NCBI GenBank assembly: GCA_048939015.1
Contig: JBHLPW010000048.1
Span: forward strand, 1 to 38,946
Reading direction: 5' to 3'
DNA: 38,946 nucleotides
Source: Promethearchaeota archaeon
GTDB lineage: Archaea; Asgardarchaeota; Lokiarchaeia; Sigyniarchaeales; SOKP01
In this document: piece after piece, positions 1 to 9,548 of the stretch
Position numbering within the stretch: position 1 is the first letter of the stretch
Layout of the letters: every line of letters begins with the position of its first letter
Made by a program: the position numbers and the translations under genes
Notes under the pieces: model-generated
What the model was told of the DNA's origin: nothing
The model's input: the letters and a program-made list of their open reading frames with translations, nothing else
The model's database searches: none

Positions 1-1
1 A

Positions 2-901
2 ATATATATTCCAACTAAAAGATTTCCTGCTATCAGTGTAACTGGAATTGAATGCGCTTTAGAGTGTGAACACTGTAGTAAGAAATACTTGAAAGGAATG
101 AAAGATCTAGTAGATAATAAAGATTTAGAACAATTTTTAATTGAGCTTTATAAAAATAATGGGGTAGGAGCGTTAATTTCGGGAGGTAGTAATCATGATG
201 GTTCAGTACCAATTTTGAATTTTTTAGATACCATTCAAAAAGTTAAGAGAAACACAAATCTAATTATAAACACTCACACTGGTTTGTTAAATAAAGAGAC
301 CGCAGAAAAACTCGCTGATGCTAATGTTGATATCGTATCTTTCGATGTTAATATGGATGATGAAGTAGTTAGAAATATATATCATTTGGATATTGAATTA
401 AATGAATATAAAAGAGCAATCGATTTATTAATAAAATATAAATTAAATATTGTACCTCATATTTGTGTTGGATTGTATTATGGTATACTCAATAAGGAAC
501 TAGACTCTATTAAATTTATCAAAGAAACTCTAAAAAATCCATCTTTGATTGTTGTTATTGCGTTAATTCCTCCAAAAAATTCTAAGTTAAAATTTAATAT
601 GCCCAAACCAAAAGATATTGCTAAAATTATTGCTTTATTAAGATTTATTTTTCCTAAAACTGAAATTTCTTTAGGTTGTATGAGACCTCGTGGACGTATA
701 AAAACTGAGGTTGAAAGATATGCTATCAAAGCAGGAATAACGCGTATCGAAATTCCATCAAGAGACACATTAAAATGGTTAAAAAAATACAATCAAGAAG
801 TCCAATTTAAGTTTTTTTCTGCCTGTTGTGCAATTCCTAAAAAATTTGAAAATTTAGCAGAAAGCAACCAAAGAGATATAAAAAGGTATATTAAAATCTA
901 A
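2..901 (+). CDS. lipS1: Radical SAM protein, probable archaeal lipoyl synthase subunit LipS1 (5'-partial, begins before the window)
   Basis: The frame is open from nt 2 (IYIPTKRFPAISVTGIECALECEHCSKKYLKGM), giving the CxxxCxxC motif upstream of the tracked start at 89. It also has LISGG, GCMRP and C-terminal SACCA. GC(M/A)R and CC are the motifs described for Thermococcus LipS1 (TK2109). Confidence 0.75.
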   Translation: MYIPTKRFPAISVTGIECALECEHCSKKYLKGMKDLVDNKDLEQFLIELYKNNGVGALISGGSNHDGSVPILNFLDTIQKVKRNTNLIINTHTGLLNKETAEKLADANVDIVSFDVNMDDEVVRNIYHLDIELNEYKRAIDLLIKYKLNIVPHICVGLYYGILNKELDSIKFIKETLKNPSLIVVIALIPPKNSKLKFNMPKPKDIAKIIALLRFIFPKTEISLGCMRPRGRIKTEVERYAIKAGITRIEIPSRDTLKWLKKYNQEVQFKFFSACCAIPKKFENLAESNQRDIKRYIKI

Positions 902-913
902 AATTGAATTATC

Positions 914-2332
914 ATGAATCACAAACAAGAAATTAAAATTATAGGATTGAAAGAGATTCCATTAATCAAAAGAGGAGATAATCTCTCAAAAATTATAATA
1001 AACGCTTTGGATAAAAATAAAATTACTTTGGAAAATGGAGATATAATAGTAATTGCTCAATCTATAATCTCTAAAAGTAATGGAAGGATCAGAAACTTAA
1101 ATAAGATCAACCCCAGTGAAAGAGCCATTGAAGTATGTAATTCAGTTGCTCCAAAAGCTAAGATTTTGGGATTGCCAAAAAAAGATCCTAAATTAGTTCA
1201 AGCTATTCTAGATGAATCCAAAGAACTCATCATGAGTGAGCACGTATTAATAACTGAAACTAAACACGGATTTATTTGTGCTGATGCAGGAATAGATAAA
1301 TCCAATATTGGTGGTAAAGATATTATTTCCTTACTACCCGAAAATCCAGATAAAGATGCTGAGAAAATTAGAATTGCACTAGAAAATATGTCTAATAAAG
1401 AAATTGCAGTAATAATTTCTGATTCATTTGGAAGAGCTTTTAGAGTAGGTGCGATTGGAACGGCGATAGGTGTTTCGGGGATAAATCCAATTTTAGATAT
1501 GAGAGGAAAAAAAGATTTGTATGGATATGAACTCCAAACAACAATCGTTGGTCAGGTTGATAGTTTAGCAGCAGCAGCACAGTTAGTCATGGGAGAATCA
1601 AATGAAGGGATTCCAATCGTGTTAATAAGAGGGTATAATTTCAAAATTAATGAGAAGGCTACAATAAAAGCTATTCTACGAGATAAACAAATTGATTTAT
1701 TTCGAAAGAAGAATAATAAGGAATTTCTAGAAATTCTTAAAAAGAGAAGAAGCTACAAATTTAACTTTGCTAATAAGCATGTTGAAAAGAAAATTATTGA
1801 AGAATGTATAGAACTAGCGTGTTGGGCTCCCAGTGCTCATAATGGTCAATTTTGGAGATATATAATTTTAGGAAAAGGAATATTACGTGAAAAGTTAATA
1901 GATAAAATGAATGAGAAATTAATAGATGATTTACTGAAAGACGGAATTGAACTAAAAACTATTAAGGAAAAAGTATGTAAAACTAGAAATAAATTTATAG
2001 ATGCTCCGTTTCTAATTTTATTGTGCTTAGATGATAGAGATTTGGAAAAATATAAAGATACTGAAAGAACTCAAAATGAGTTTTTTTTGGGTATACAGAG
2101 TATTAGCAGTTCAGCAACATATTTACTCCTTGCTTTTGAAATGAAAGAATTAGCAGCATGCTGGTATTGTGCTCCGCTTTTTGCAGGAGAAGTCATAAAA
2201 AATGCATTGAAACTTCCAACCTCTTATATTCCAATGGCATTTTTTACCGTAGGATATCCAAAAAAAAGAATAAAAGCTCCAAAACGTAGAACTTTGAAAG
2301 AGATAATATATGAACCAAATGTTATTTTTTAA
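914..2332 (+). CDS. cofE: Coenzyme F420-0:L-glutamate ligase fused to a C-terminal nitroreductase-family domain (FbiB-like)
   Basis: N-terminal CofE motifs (GDIIVIAQSIISK, ADAGIDKSN, IISDSFGRAFR, DLFR) over ~265 aa, then nitroreductase motifs (KRRSYK, WAPSAHNGQFWRY, LAACW, FFTVGYP). Confidence 0.9.
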   Translation: MNHKQEIKIIGLKEIPLIKRGDNLSKIIINALDKNKITLENGDIIVIAQSIISKSNGRIRNLNKINPSERAIEVCNSVAPKAKILGLPKKDPKLVQAILDESKELIMSEHVLITETKHGFICADAGIDKSNIGGKDIISLLPENPDKDAEKIRIALENMSNKEIAVIISDSFGRAFRVGAIGTAIGVSGINPILDMRGKKDLYGYELQTTIVGQVDSLAAAAQLVMGESNEGIPIVLIRGYNFKINEKATIKAILRDKQIDLFRKKNNKEFLEILKKRRSYKFNFANKHVEKKIIEECIELACWAPSAHNGQFWRYIILGKGILREKLIDKMNEKLIDDLLKDGIELKTIKEKVCKTRNKFIDAPFLILLCLDDRDLEKYKDTERTQNEFFLGIQSISSSATYLLLAFEMKELAACWYCAPLFAGEVIKNALKLPTSYIPMAFFTVGYPKKRIKAPKRRTLKEIIYEPNVIF

Positions 2333-2335
2333 ATC

Positions 2336-3271
2336 ATGAAAAAAAATTATTACGTTGTATTAGCCGGAGGTATTGGTGCAGCAAAATTTATTAGAGGATT
2401 AATAGAAGTAGTTAACCCTGAATTACTTAAGATTATTATAAATACTGGTGATGATATTGAATTGTTTGGCTTAAAAATTTGCCCTGACTTGGATATCATA
2501 ACTTATACATTAGCAAATTTGATAGATAGAGAGAAAGGATGGGGATTTTCAAATGAAACTTTTAATTGTTTACAAAATTTAAAGAAATTTTATGATATAG
2601 GATGGTTTAATCTTGGGGATAAAGATTTAGCTACACATATTTATCGTACAGATTTATTTAATCAAGGTTTTGATAAAGCAGAGATAACTAATTTGATATG
2701 CAAAGATCTGGGTATAAAAGCTCAACTTTTACCTATGTGTAATGAACCTGTTGAAACATATATTACAACATCAGCGGGAAAAATGCATTTTGAAGAGTTT
2801 TTTATAAAATACCAATGTAAACCGGAGATTTTAAAAATAGAATTTAATGGAATTGAAAAAGCTGAACCCGTTGAGGGGATACTGCAATATATAGAAGAAG
2901 CTAAAAACATCATCATCTGTCCTTCAAATCCAATTGTATCAATTGGAACAATTTTACGAGTAAAAGGAATTAAAAAAGCTCTCTCCTTAGTTAAGGAAAA
3001 AGTAATTGCTATAAGTCCAATAATAGAAGGTGCCCCAGTTAAAGGTCCTGCTGATAAAATGATGAAAAGTTTGGGTTTAGAGGTTTCATGTGTGGGTGTT
3101 GCAAAATTTTATCAGGATTTTCTAGGACATTTTATTATAGATAATAGAGACTCTAAGTTACAACCATTTATTGAAGAATTAGGAATTAAATCGTATTTAT
3201 ATGATACAATTATGGTAAATTTAAGAAAAAAAATTGAATTAGCTCAATTTGTGATAAATTTAGGTAGATAA
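2336..3271 (+). CDS. cofD: 2-phospho-L-lactate/PEP transferase CofD (FbiA)
   Basis: LAGGIGAAKF, NTGDD, CPDLD, WFNLGDKDLATH, PSNPIVSIG and KGPAD motifs; 3 nt downstream of cofE. Confidence 0.95.
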   Translation: MKKNYYVVLAGGIGAAKFIRGLIEVVNPELLKIIINTGDDIELFGLKICPDLDIITYTLANLIDREKGWGFSNETFNCLQNLKKFYDIGWFNLGDKDLATHIYRTDLFNQGFDKAEITNLICKDLGIKAQLLPMCNEPVETYITTSAGKMHFEEFFIKYQCKPEILKIEFNGIEKAEPVEGILQYIEEAKNIIICPSNPIVSIGTILRVKGIKKALSLVKEKVIAISPIIEGAPVKGPADKMMKSLGLEVSCVGVAKFYQDFLGHFIIDNRDSKLQPFIEELGIKSYLYDTIMVNLRKKIELAQFVINLGR

Positions 3272-3284
3272 AAATAATAGTGAT

Positions 3285-4766
3285 TTAAGTAGATTCTGTG
3301 GCCACTTCTTTAGCTTCTTCCTCTATTGGGGTTTCAAATTCTTCTTTTTTAACATAATCTCCTACAGATGCTAAAATTTCTTTTATACGTCCTTCTTGCT
3401 GTAATCTGATGATTAAATTTCTATGTTTGATAAACGAAATTAATTTACCAATTACTGGAAAAAGTAGCATTATTGGTCCTAGTATGATTATAATAACTTC
3501 AGGAGAATATATTGCAACACTTTCAGTAATTGCTGGAGGTAAATGTAAAATTGAACCCAAAAACCAATGGGGGTGTATTATAATGAAACTTATAATTAAA
3601 AGTAAACCTAACCGATATGTAAAGTTAAATAAAGTTGACGTTAACAAATTTCGAGATCTAGGGGCGGATGAACTGGCAGTTAGTGTATCTCTGGCTTCAG
3701 AATCTTCTCGAAAGAGTCGATTTACATATCTTCCTAATCTTCTTGTTTTTGAAGCTGCAGTGACCAATTTCTTTTCCTCCTCCTCTAATTTTTTCTTCTC
3801 TATCATCTCTTTTACATATGAAAATCTTTTGCCTGTCTTAGCGAAAAATTTTCCGATAGCTATTCCTTCTTTTTGTTCTGATTCCAGTTCTTGGATTCTT
3901 TCTTTAGCCTCTTGTTTAATTTTATCAATATTAGCAGTAATAAAATATGACTCTCTTGAGAGTATATCCAACTGGGCTTCGAGTCTTTCGCTTCTTTCTA
4001 ATGATGGTTTTGTGACAGTGTCAGTATAATTAATTTGGAATGCCATTTCTAAATAAATGTAAGATATAATAGCAAAAGATATAACAGGACTAGCCATAAA
4101 TGCAAAGAAGTCATCAAGAGGTATTTGATCTAAACTTGGGTCGATAGGGTTAACCATTTCGTCTAAATATGTAATATGGATATTTATTAAGCCCATCATA
4201 TTTCTTAATCCTTCCACCATGAGAGGAATAATAATCATAAGAACTATTGCTCCAGCTGCAACAAGTGAATGCTTTGGATCATTTGAGAAAAAAGCTCTAA
4301 TTGCATAAATAACAGATACAACAATAAGAACTTGAAAAATAAACAAATAGAGATCATTAAATAATACTTCTGTTTCACCCATTATTAAGGGAAGAATGTG
4401 TCCCAATTCTAGATCTTGTAACTGGAATGTAGGATTACCTAAAAGGTTTCGAATATGCTCCAGATCAAAAGAGAACCATGAAGTTAAGTATCTTTTAAAA
4501 AATCCTTCAATAAATCCAAACATAAAATCAAGATCATAAGCACCAAGTAAGATCGCACACGCAAATGCTATTAACATGCCCCCACCAAAAATTATATAAG
4601 AGAAAATATTTCGAATAGCCCCAAAAAATGCTAATATAACGAGTTCATTATCTGCGGTTGTAATAACTTCATTAAAATGAAAAATTGAAATAAGAAAAAT
4701 AAAGAATAACCAAAAAAATATTGCTAAATTGATAATTTTCAAAACTAACAAATAAATACGAGTCAT
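3285..4766 (-). CDS. Polytopic membrane protein of unknown function with a large charged coiled-coil loop
   Basis: 493 aa; about 5 N-terminal and 2 C-terminal hydrophobic segments flank a ~130-aa E/K-rich helical region; starts 3 nt after the DUF58 stop. Confidence 0.8.
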   Translation of the reverse strand: MTRIYLLVLKIINLAIFFWLFFIFLISIFHFNEVITTADNELVILAFFGAIRNIFSYIIFGGGMLIAFACAILLGAYDLDFMFGFIEGFFKRYLTSWFSFDLEHIRNLLGNPTFQLQDLELGHILPLIMGETEVLFNDLYLFIFQVLIVVSVIYAIRAFFSNDPKHSLVAAGAIVLMIIIPLMVEGLRNMMGLINIHITYLDEMVNPIDPSLDQIPLDDFFAFMASPVISFAIISYIYLEMAFQINYTDTVTKPSLERSERLEAQLDILSRESYFITANIDKIKQEAKERIQELESEQKEGIAIGKFFAKTGKRFSYVKEMIEKKKLEEEEKKLVTAASKTRRLGRYVNRLFREDSEARDTLTASSSAPRSRNLLTSTLFNFTYRLGLLLIISFIIIHPHWFLGSILHLPPAITESVAIYSPEVIIIILGPIMLLFPVIGKLISFIKHRNLIIRLQQEGRIKEILASVGDYVKKEEFETPIEEEAKEVATEST

Positions 4767-4769
4767 TTT

Positions 4770-6224
4770 TTAATACGCCTTTCCTTTTTTCTTAGCTTCC
4801 ATATAATTACTTAATACTTGATTCATCATATCATCAGGTCCACACGTTATTATATTTATTCCCAAGTTTCGAAGTCCGTGCCTTATAGACAAGATGTGCT
4901 CCATCATTTCTTCACTTATAGCTTCTGCCAATGCTTTATCTGTTGATGATAAATCTATTTCATGAATTTCAAACCATGGGCTAAAAGGATTTATTACTAT
5001 GATACTATGATTAAATGGAACTAACTTTTTTATAGCTTGGGAAATATCCTTAGGATTTGCTTCTAGATCCGAAATGAGGAAAATTAAACTCCTTTTTTGA
5101 AAACGTTTCGTAAAGTGGTCCATAGCCTCAATAAATTTGCACTTTCCTTGTGGTTTTATTCTTGCCACAAAATCTAATACTTGGTAGAAATGTTCTTCTC
5201 CACTATCTGGCTTTAGGAAATTAAAATTCTTTTTATCTGAAAAAGTAAACACACCCACATTATCCCTTCTAGTTAATGCGACTTTTGTTAAAAGCATACA
5301 AGACCTTATGGCATACTCAAATTTAGTATTTTCAATTGCTCCACCTGCCATTGTATCTGAAGAATCTACAATAATCATTACAGTTACATCTCTCTCACTT
5401 TCATACTCTTTAACGATTAATGTTTGAGCTCGTGCACTAGCCTTCCAATCTATTAATCTAAATTGATCTCCAAATACGTATTTTCTCATACCATAAAATT
5501 CTGAACCAAGACCTTTTTGTTTTGATCTTTGCAACCCATAATTTAATTGCAATGATCTTTTTGAACCTAAAATTTCAATCCTTTTAATGTCTTCATATGG
5601 TGGATAAATAAGAATATCTGTAACGCTGTCTGGTACAATTCTTTCAACTGAATTAAAACCCAATCTATCTTTTACAATCACAGATAAAGGTCCAAGTGCA
5701 TACTCGCCTCTGACTCTTGGTTCAAGAACATAAGAAAATTTAATCGTACTCTTCGGTCCAATTCTGGTAGATATAAAATTTTCACCTAAAATTAATCTGA
5801 ATAACTGTGGATTGTAATTATCTCTAATTTCAATAAAATCAAAGCTACTACGTCCTATATTTTCAATTACTACTTTAATATGGACAAAATCATCTTTGAA
5901 TACTTTCTCTTTCTCCAATTCTCTATGTACTCTTAATTCCTCAACATTCATTTTATAGTAGAAAATAGGTAGACTAATGATCGTACTGAATAACAACAAT
6001 ACAGCAAAAAAGATTAAGAAATAATTTACAAATGCAAATCCCGCGGTTAGAAAGAATACCGCGAATAAAATTAAAGTTCTACCTTTACCTCCTAAAATAT
6101 AACTCCACCACTTTTTTTCCTTATTTTTTTTAAATATATTAAACCATAAAAAAAGAAGATTATTAGGGTTAAATAGGTACGGGAATTTCTTCAATGATTG
6201 ACTTAAGAACACTCTGTGTATCAA
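4770..6224 (-). CDS. DUF58 / von Willebrand A domain protein, MoxR partner (start uncertain)
   Basis: GSEFYGMRKYVFGDQFRLIDWKASAR DUF58 signature, MIDAS-like IVDSSDTM, LISDL, N-terminal TM helices and an Ig-like segment (PRVRGEYALGP). The only in-frame start before the TM region is a TTG inside moxR. Confidence 0.9.
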   Translation of the reverse strand: MIHRVFLSQSLKKFPYLFNPNNLLFLWFNIFKKNKEKKWWSYILGGKGRTLILFAVFFLTAGFAFVNYFLIFFAVLLLFSTIISLPIFYYKMNVEELRVHRELEKEKVFKDDFVHIKVVIENIGRSSFDFIEIRDNYNPQLFRLILGENFISTRIGPKSTIKFSYVLEPRVRGEYALGPLSVIVKDRLGFNSVERIVPDSVTDILIYPPYEDIKRIEILGSKRSLQLNYGLQRSKQKGLGSEFYGMRKYVFGDQFRLIDWKASARAQTLIVKEYESERDVTVMIIVDSSDTMAGGAIENTKFEYAIRSCMLLTKVALTRRDNVGVFTFSDKKNFNFLKPDSGEEHFYQVLDFVARIKPQGKCKFIEAMDHFTKRFQKRSLIFLISDLEANPKDISQAIKKLVPFNHSIIVINPFSPWFEIHEIDLSSTDKALAEAISEEMMEHILSIRHGLRNLGINIITCGPDDMMNQVLSNYMEAKKKGKAY

Positions 6225-7149
6225 GACCTTCTAATTCGGCTTCTGGCTTTAAAAGAATTCTATGATTTAATGCGGGGACAACTAATGCTCTTACATCATC
6301 AGGAGTAACATATGATCGTCCTAGTATTGCAGCACGTGCTTTAGAACATTTCATTAATGTTAAAGAAGCACGAGGTCCGCATCCAAGAGCAATTTGTGGA
6401 TGATTTCTAGTTTTAAGTATAATATCACGAATGTATTTTAAAATTCTGTCATCAATATACACTAGATTCATAATTTTTTGCGCAGCTAGAATTTCTTCTC
6501 CGGTAGTTATGGCATCTACTGAAGGTGATTCACCTGAGATCTGTCTTCGCATAATTTCAACTTCTTCATCTTGTTCTGGATAATCTAACCACAGTTTGAA
6601 TAAAAACCTGTCAACTTGTGCTTCAGGTAAGGGATATGTTCCCTCCATTTCTACTGGATTTTCAGTTGCTACGACTATAAATGGTTTTTCTAATACCAAT
6701 GTTTGACCTTCAATGGTTATCTGACGTTCCGCCATTGCTTCTAGTAAGGCTGCTTGTGTTTTAGGAGCACTTCTATTAATCTCATCAGCGAGAACCATAT
6801 TCGCAAATAGTGGTCCTTTTTGAAGCACAAACGCCCCCTCATTTTGGTCAAATATCTTAGTACCAGTAATATCCGCGGGGAGTAGATCAGGAGTAAATTG
6901 AACTCTACGAAATGATATTCCCAGTGTTTTTGCAAAAGTTTTTGCCATAACTGTTTTACCTAATCCTGGTACTCCTTCTAGGAGTACATGTCCATTAACA
7001 AGTAAAGCTATGAAGAGTTGCTGTAAAATTTCTCCATAACCAACAATAACACGGCTAACTTCACTTAAAACTTCTTGAGCAATCTCCCTAATAGGTGCAA
7101 CATCTATTTCTTCATGGTCATAATATTTTGCTTTATCTGGAGCTTCCAT
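6169..7149 (-). CDS. moxR: MoxR-family AAA+ ATPase
   Basis: GHVLLEGVPGLGKT (Walker A), RVQFTPDLLPADITG, LADEINR (Walker B), TENPVEMEGTYPLPEAQVDRF; SD-like GAGGT at 7159-7163. Confidence 0.95.
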   Translation of the reverse strand: MEAPDKAKYYDHEEIDVAPIREIAQEVLSEVSRVIVGYGEILQQLFIALLVNGHVLLEGVPGLGKTVMAKTFAKTLGISFRRVQFTPDLLPADITGTKIFDQNEGAFVLQKGPLFANMVLADEINRSAPKTQAALLEAMAERQITIEGQTLVLEKPFIVVATENPVEMEGTYPLPEAQVDRFLFKLWLDYPEQDEEVEIMRRQISGESPSVDAITTGEEILAAQKIMNLVYIDDRILKYIRDIILKTRNHPQIALGCGPRASLTLMKCSKARAAILGRSYVTPDDVRALVVPALNHRILLKPEAELEGLDTQSVLKSIIEEIPVPI

Positions 7150-7220
7150 ATATTTATAACCTCTTTATTTTTTATTTTATTTTCTAATAGTTTTATTATA
7201 AATTTGGATTTTGGATAAGA

Positions 7221-8999
7221 TTAAATATTATTAACTGCCCAACTCATCTCGAAAAATAATTCTTCGAAGTCTTGGTCAGTTTTAACTTTATATTTTCCTT
7301 CTTTAATTGACAAAATTCTATCCATAAATTTACTCAATCTTTTTGTTTTTAATTTTGTTGTTGCTGGATTTTTTGAAATAACTAAATTTATTACATTATC
7401 AGTGGTAATTTTGGCACCTCCTAATTGACTATTCAATTTACGTTCTAGGCGTCTATAAAGTAGTTTTAAAGCATCTCCATATTTCATTTTATCTCTATAT
7501 TCCTCAATCTTTTGAGCGAAAAAGGAGGACGTTCGAAACCGAGCCATTTCTTCTTTTTTTTCTTCCTCTTCAGCAATTTTTTCTTCTTCCTTTTTCTTAT
7601 CCTTTTTAGGAAGATATCTCCTTAATGAATAATACGCCAAGAGCGGATAAATCCAAGCAGTAATAGGATTTGTTGATAAATGTACAATGTATTGCATTAT
7701 ATATCCAAATATTCCTGCTGATGTAAGATCTCTTGAATATTCAGGTCTAAGATGTGCTTCATCAAAAACTACAATCCATTCATCTTTACTCCTTCCTTCG
7801 TTGGCATAAGTGAGCCACTCAATAATGTTCAAACCAAATTGTAGGTTATCATAACCAGATTCAACAATTAATTCATTATTAAATAGACTAGCATCAGCAG
7901 ATACAAATATGCGTTGCCTACCCATATCATTTGCTAAAAATACACTTTGAGAGTATCCACCAAGTGGTAAACTTGTTGGAAAAGGAAGAGGAAGACTTCC
8001 TGCAAGTATACTCATAAATCCTAAATCAAGATCATCATTGGGAGAATCATATCTATGATTAAAAGGTTCTTTATCAATGAAACCGTATTCAGTTGTAGTT
8101 CCAATAGAAGTCCAACCGAAGGCCTCAATAAAGGGCCCTCCCACTGCACATGAAGCACGTGATAAAATTACTTCATTTACACCAGATGTTGTTGGATGAG
8201 CAGCAAAATTTTTGATAACAGGAAATTCTGGAGTTGTATCATATGATGCATTGTCTCTTAATATTCCATCCGGAAAAATAGTTAGAGGAACATTTATTGT
8301 TGGTTCAAACACACTCGCTATTAATATTTCCCATAATAATGTGCTTGTAGATCCATGATCATGACATATTAATAGAGAGTTAGTGCCTTGAAAAAAATCA
8401 ATAAAATATGGGACTTCAAAAATAGGATCATAAAATTGATTTGGTCCCATTAAAACAAGTAATATTGAAGTCTTTTCTTTATTATTAATTGTTTGATTTA
8501 TTAACCTGTCAGTAGCACTCAAACTTGATTGGACAGTCATCACATCATATCCATCTGATTCAATTTCACTTTTAAAGGTTCCAGCACCGTTCCAGGAATC
8601 AATATTATATACTGAATTATTTTGATTGTTTTCACCCTGATCAATTATAGGGGAAAATAAAGGTATGAAAACAAATATAAATATTATTATAAAAAGAGCT
8701 TGCTTATATATTGATCCAGATTTGATTTTCTTTCGCGATTGACTTTCACGCATCTTTTGTGTTGTAGCATTTCTAATAAATACAATAAAAGTAATGCCAC
8801 TAAATATTGACCCTAAATAACATAGGAGAGGAATATAAGTCACAAAAAAAGGCAAGTCTACTGGATGTTCTTCTTTAAAAAGGCCAATAAAATTAGTAAT
8901 AATAATTCCAAAAATAATTAGATATATTGTTAAGAATGTAAAAATTATTCCTTTTGAAATATTTATACTCTTTTGTGTTGCTTTTCCAGGTTTCACCAT
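7221..8999 (-). CDS. DUF4350-like (GATase-like fold) membrane protein with C-terminal cytoplasmic helical domain
   Basis: Three N-terminal TMs; NGAGTF, RIFVSADASLFNNELI, DNLQF and VVFDEAH motifs typical of DUF4350 proteins in MoxR operons; then a TM and a charged tail. Confidence 0.65.
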   Translation of the reverse strand: MVKPGKATQKSINISKGIIFTFLTIYLIIFGIIITNFIGLFKEEHPVDLPFFVTYIPLLCYLGSIFSGITFIVFIRNATTQKMRESQSRKKIKSGSIYKQALFIIIFIFVFIPLFSPIIDQGENNQNNSVYNIDSWNGAGTFKSEIESDGYDVMTVQSSLSATDRLINQTINNKEKTSILLVLMGPNQFYDPIFEVPYFIDFFQGTNSLLICHDHGSTSTLLWEILIASVFEPTINVPLTIFPDGILRDNASYDTTPEFPVIKNFAAHPTTSGVNEVILSRASCAVGGPFIEAFGWTSIGTTTEYGFIDKEPFNHRYDSPNDDLDLGFMSILAGSLPLPFPTSLPLGGYSQSVFLANDMGRQRIFVSADASLFNNELIVESGYDNLQFGLNIIEWLTYANEGRSKDEWIVVFDEAHLRPEYSRDLTSAGIFGYIMQYIVHLSTNPITAWIYPLLAYYSLRRYLPKKDKKKEEEKIAEEEEKKEEMARFRTSSFFAQKIEEYRDKMKYGDALKLLYRRLERKLNSQLGGAKITTDNVINLVISKNPATTKLKTKRLSKFMDRILSIKEGKYKVKTDQDFEELFFEMSWAVNNI

Positions 9000-9054
9000 T
9001 GTACTTTCATATCATTAATTATTGGAATTTATTAGACAATAATGTAAATCGAAC

Positions 9055-9432
9055 CTAGAGTTCAAATGCAAAAGATTTTCCTGTGATCTCATTGTATAAA
9101 TTCGTGAACAAATCAATTGTGTAGTTTAATTCCTTATTCGTTGGTTCTACTCCACCATAGATAATATCTTCTATTTTTTTTATAAATGGGTACACCGATT
9201 CTGGTTTCAAACTCTTTTCTAATTGATTGACACATGCAATAGCATATTCACGAATTGTCTCATGTGCAAGCCTAGGTTTTTTAAACTTTATATTGATAAG
9301 ATCGTCATATACAAGATAAATGTAAGCAATTGCTTCTTTAGGTCTATTTGTTTCAACTAATATTTTTACATTATCAAATCTTTGTTTAATATTAATCTCT
9401 GGTTCTGGTTGTTTCTTTTTCTTTTTTGCCAT
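9055..9432 (-). CDS. Stand-alone DUF4129-like soluble protein, paralogue of the C-terminal domain of 9549-11147
   Basis: ETIREYA...VYPFIKKIEDIIYG aligns with ETIRDFA...IYPFIQKVEEIIYA in the upstream gene; ETxRE and late Y pattern as in DUF4129. Confidence 0.7.
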   Translation of the reverse strand: MAKKKKKQPEPEINIKQRFDNVKILVETNRPKEAIAYIYLVYDDLINIKFKKPRLAHETIREYAIACVNQLEKSLKPESVYPFIKKIEDIIYGGVEPTNKELNYTIDLFTNLYNEITGKSFAFEL

Positions 9433-9548
9433 TATTTTTTACCATTTTATATATTTTTTGAAATATCTATTATATAATTTTTTTTGATTTTATATTTCTT
9501 TTTACTTTTTTTTAATTTTACTCTTAATTTTTTTATTTTTGATGAGTT

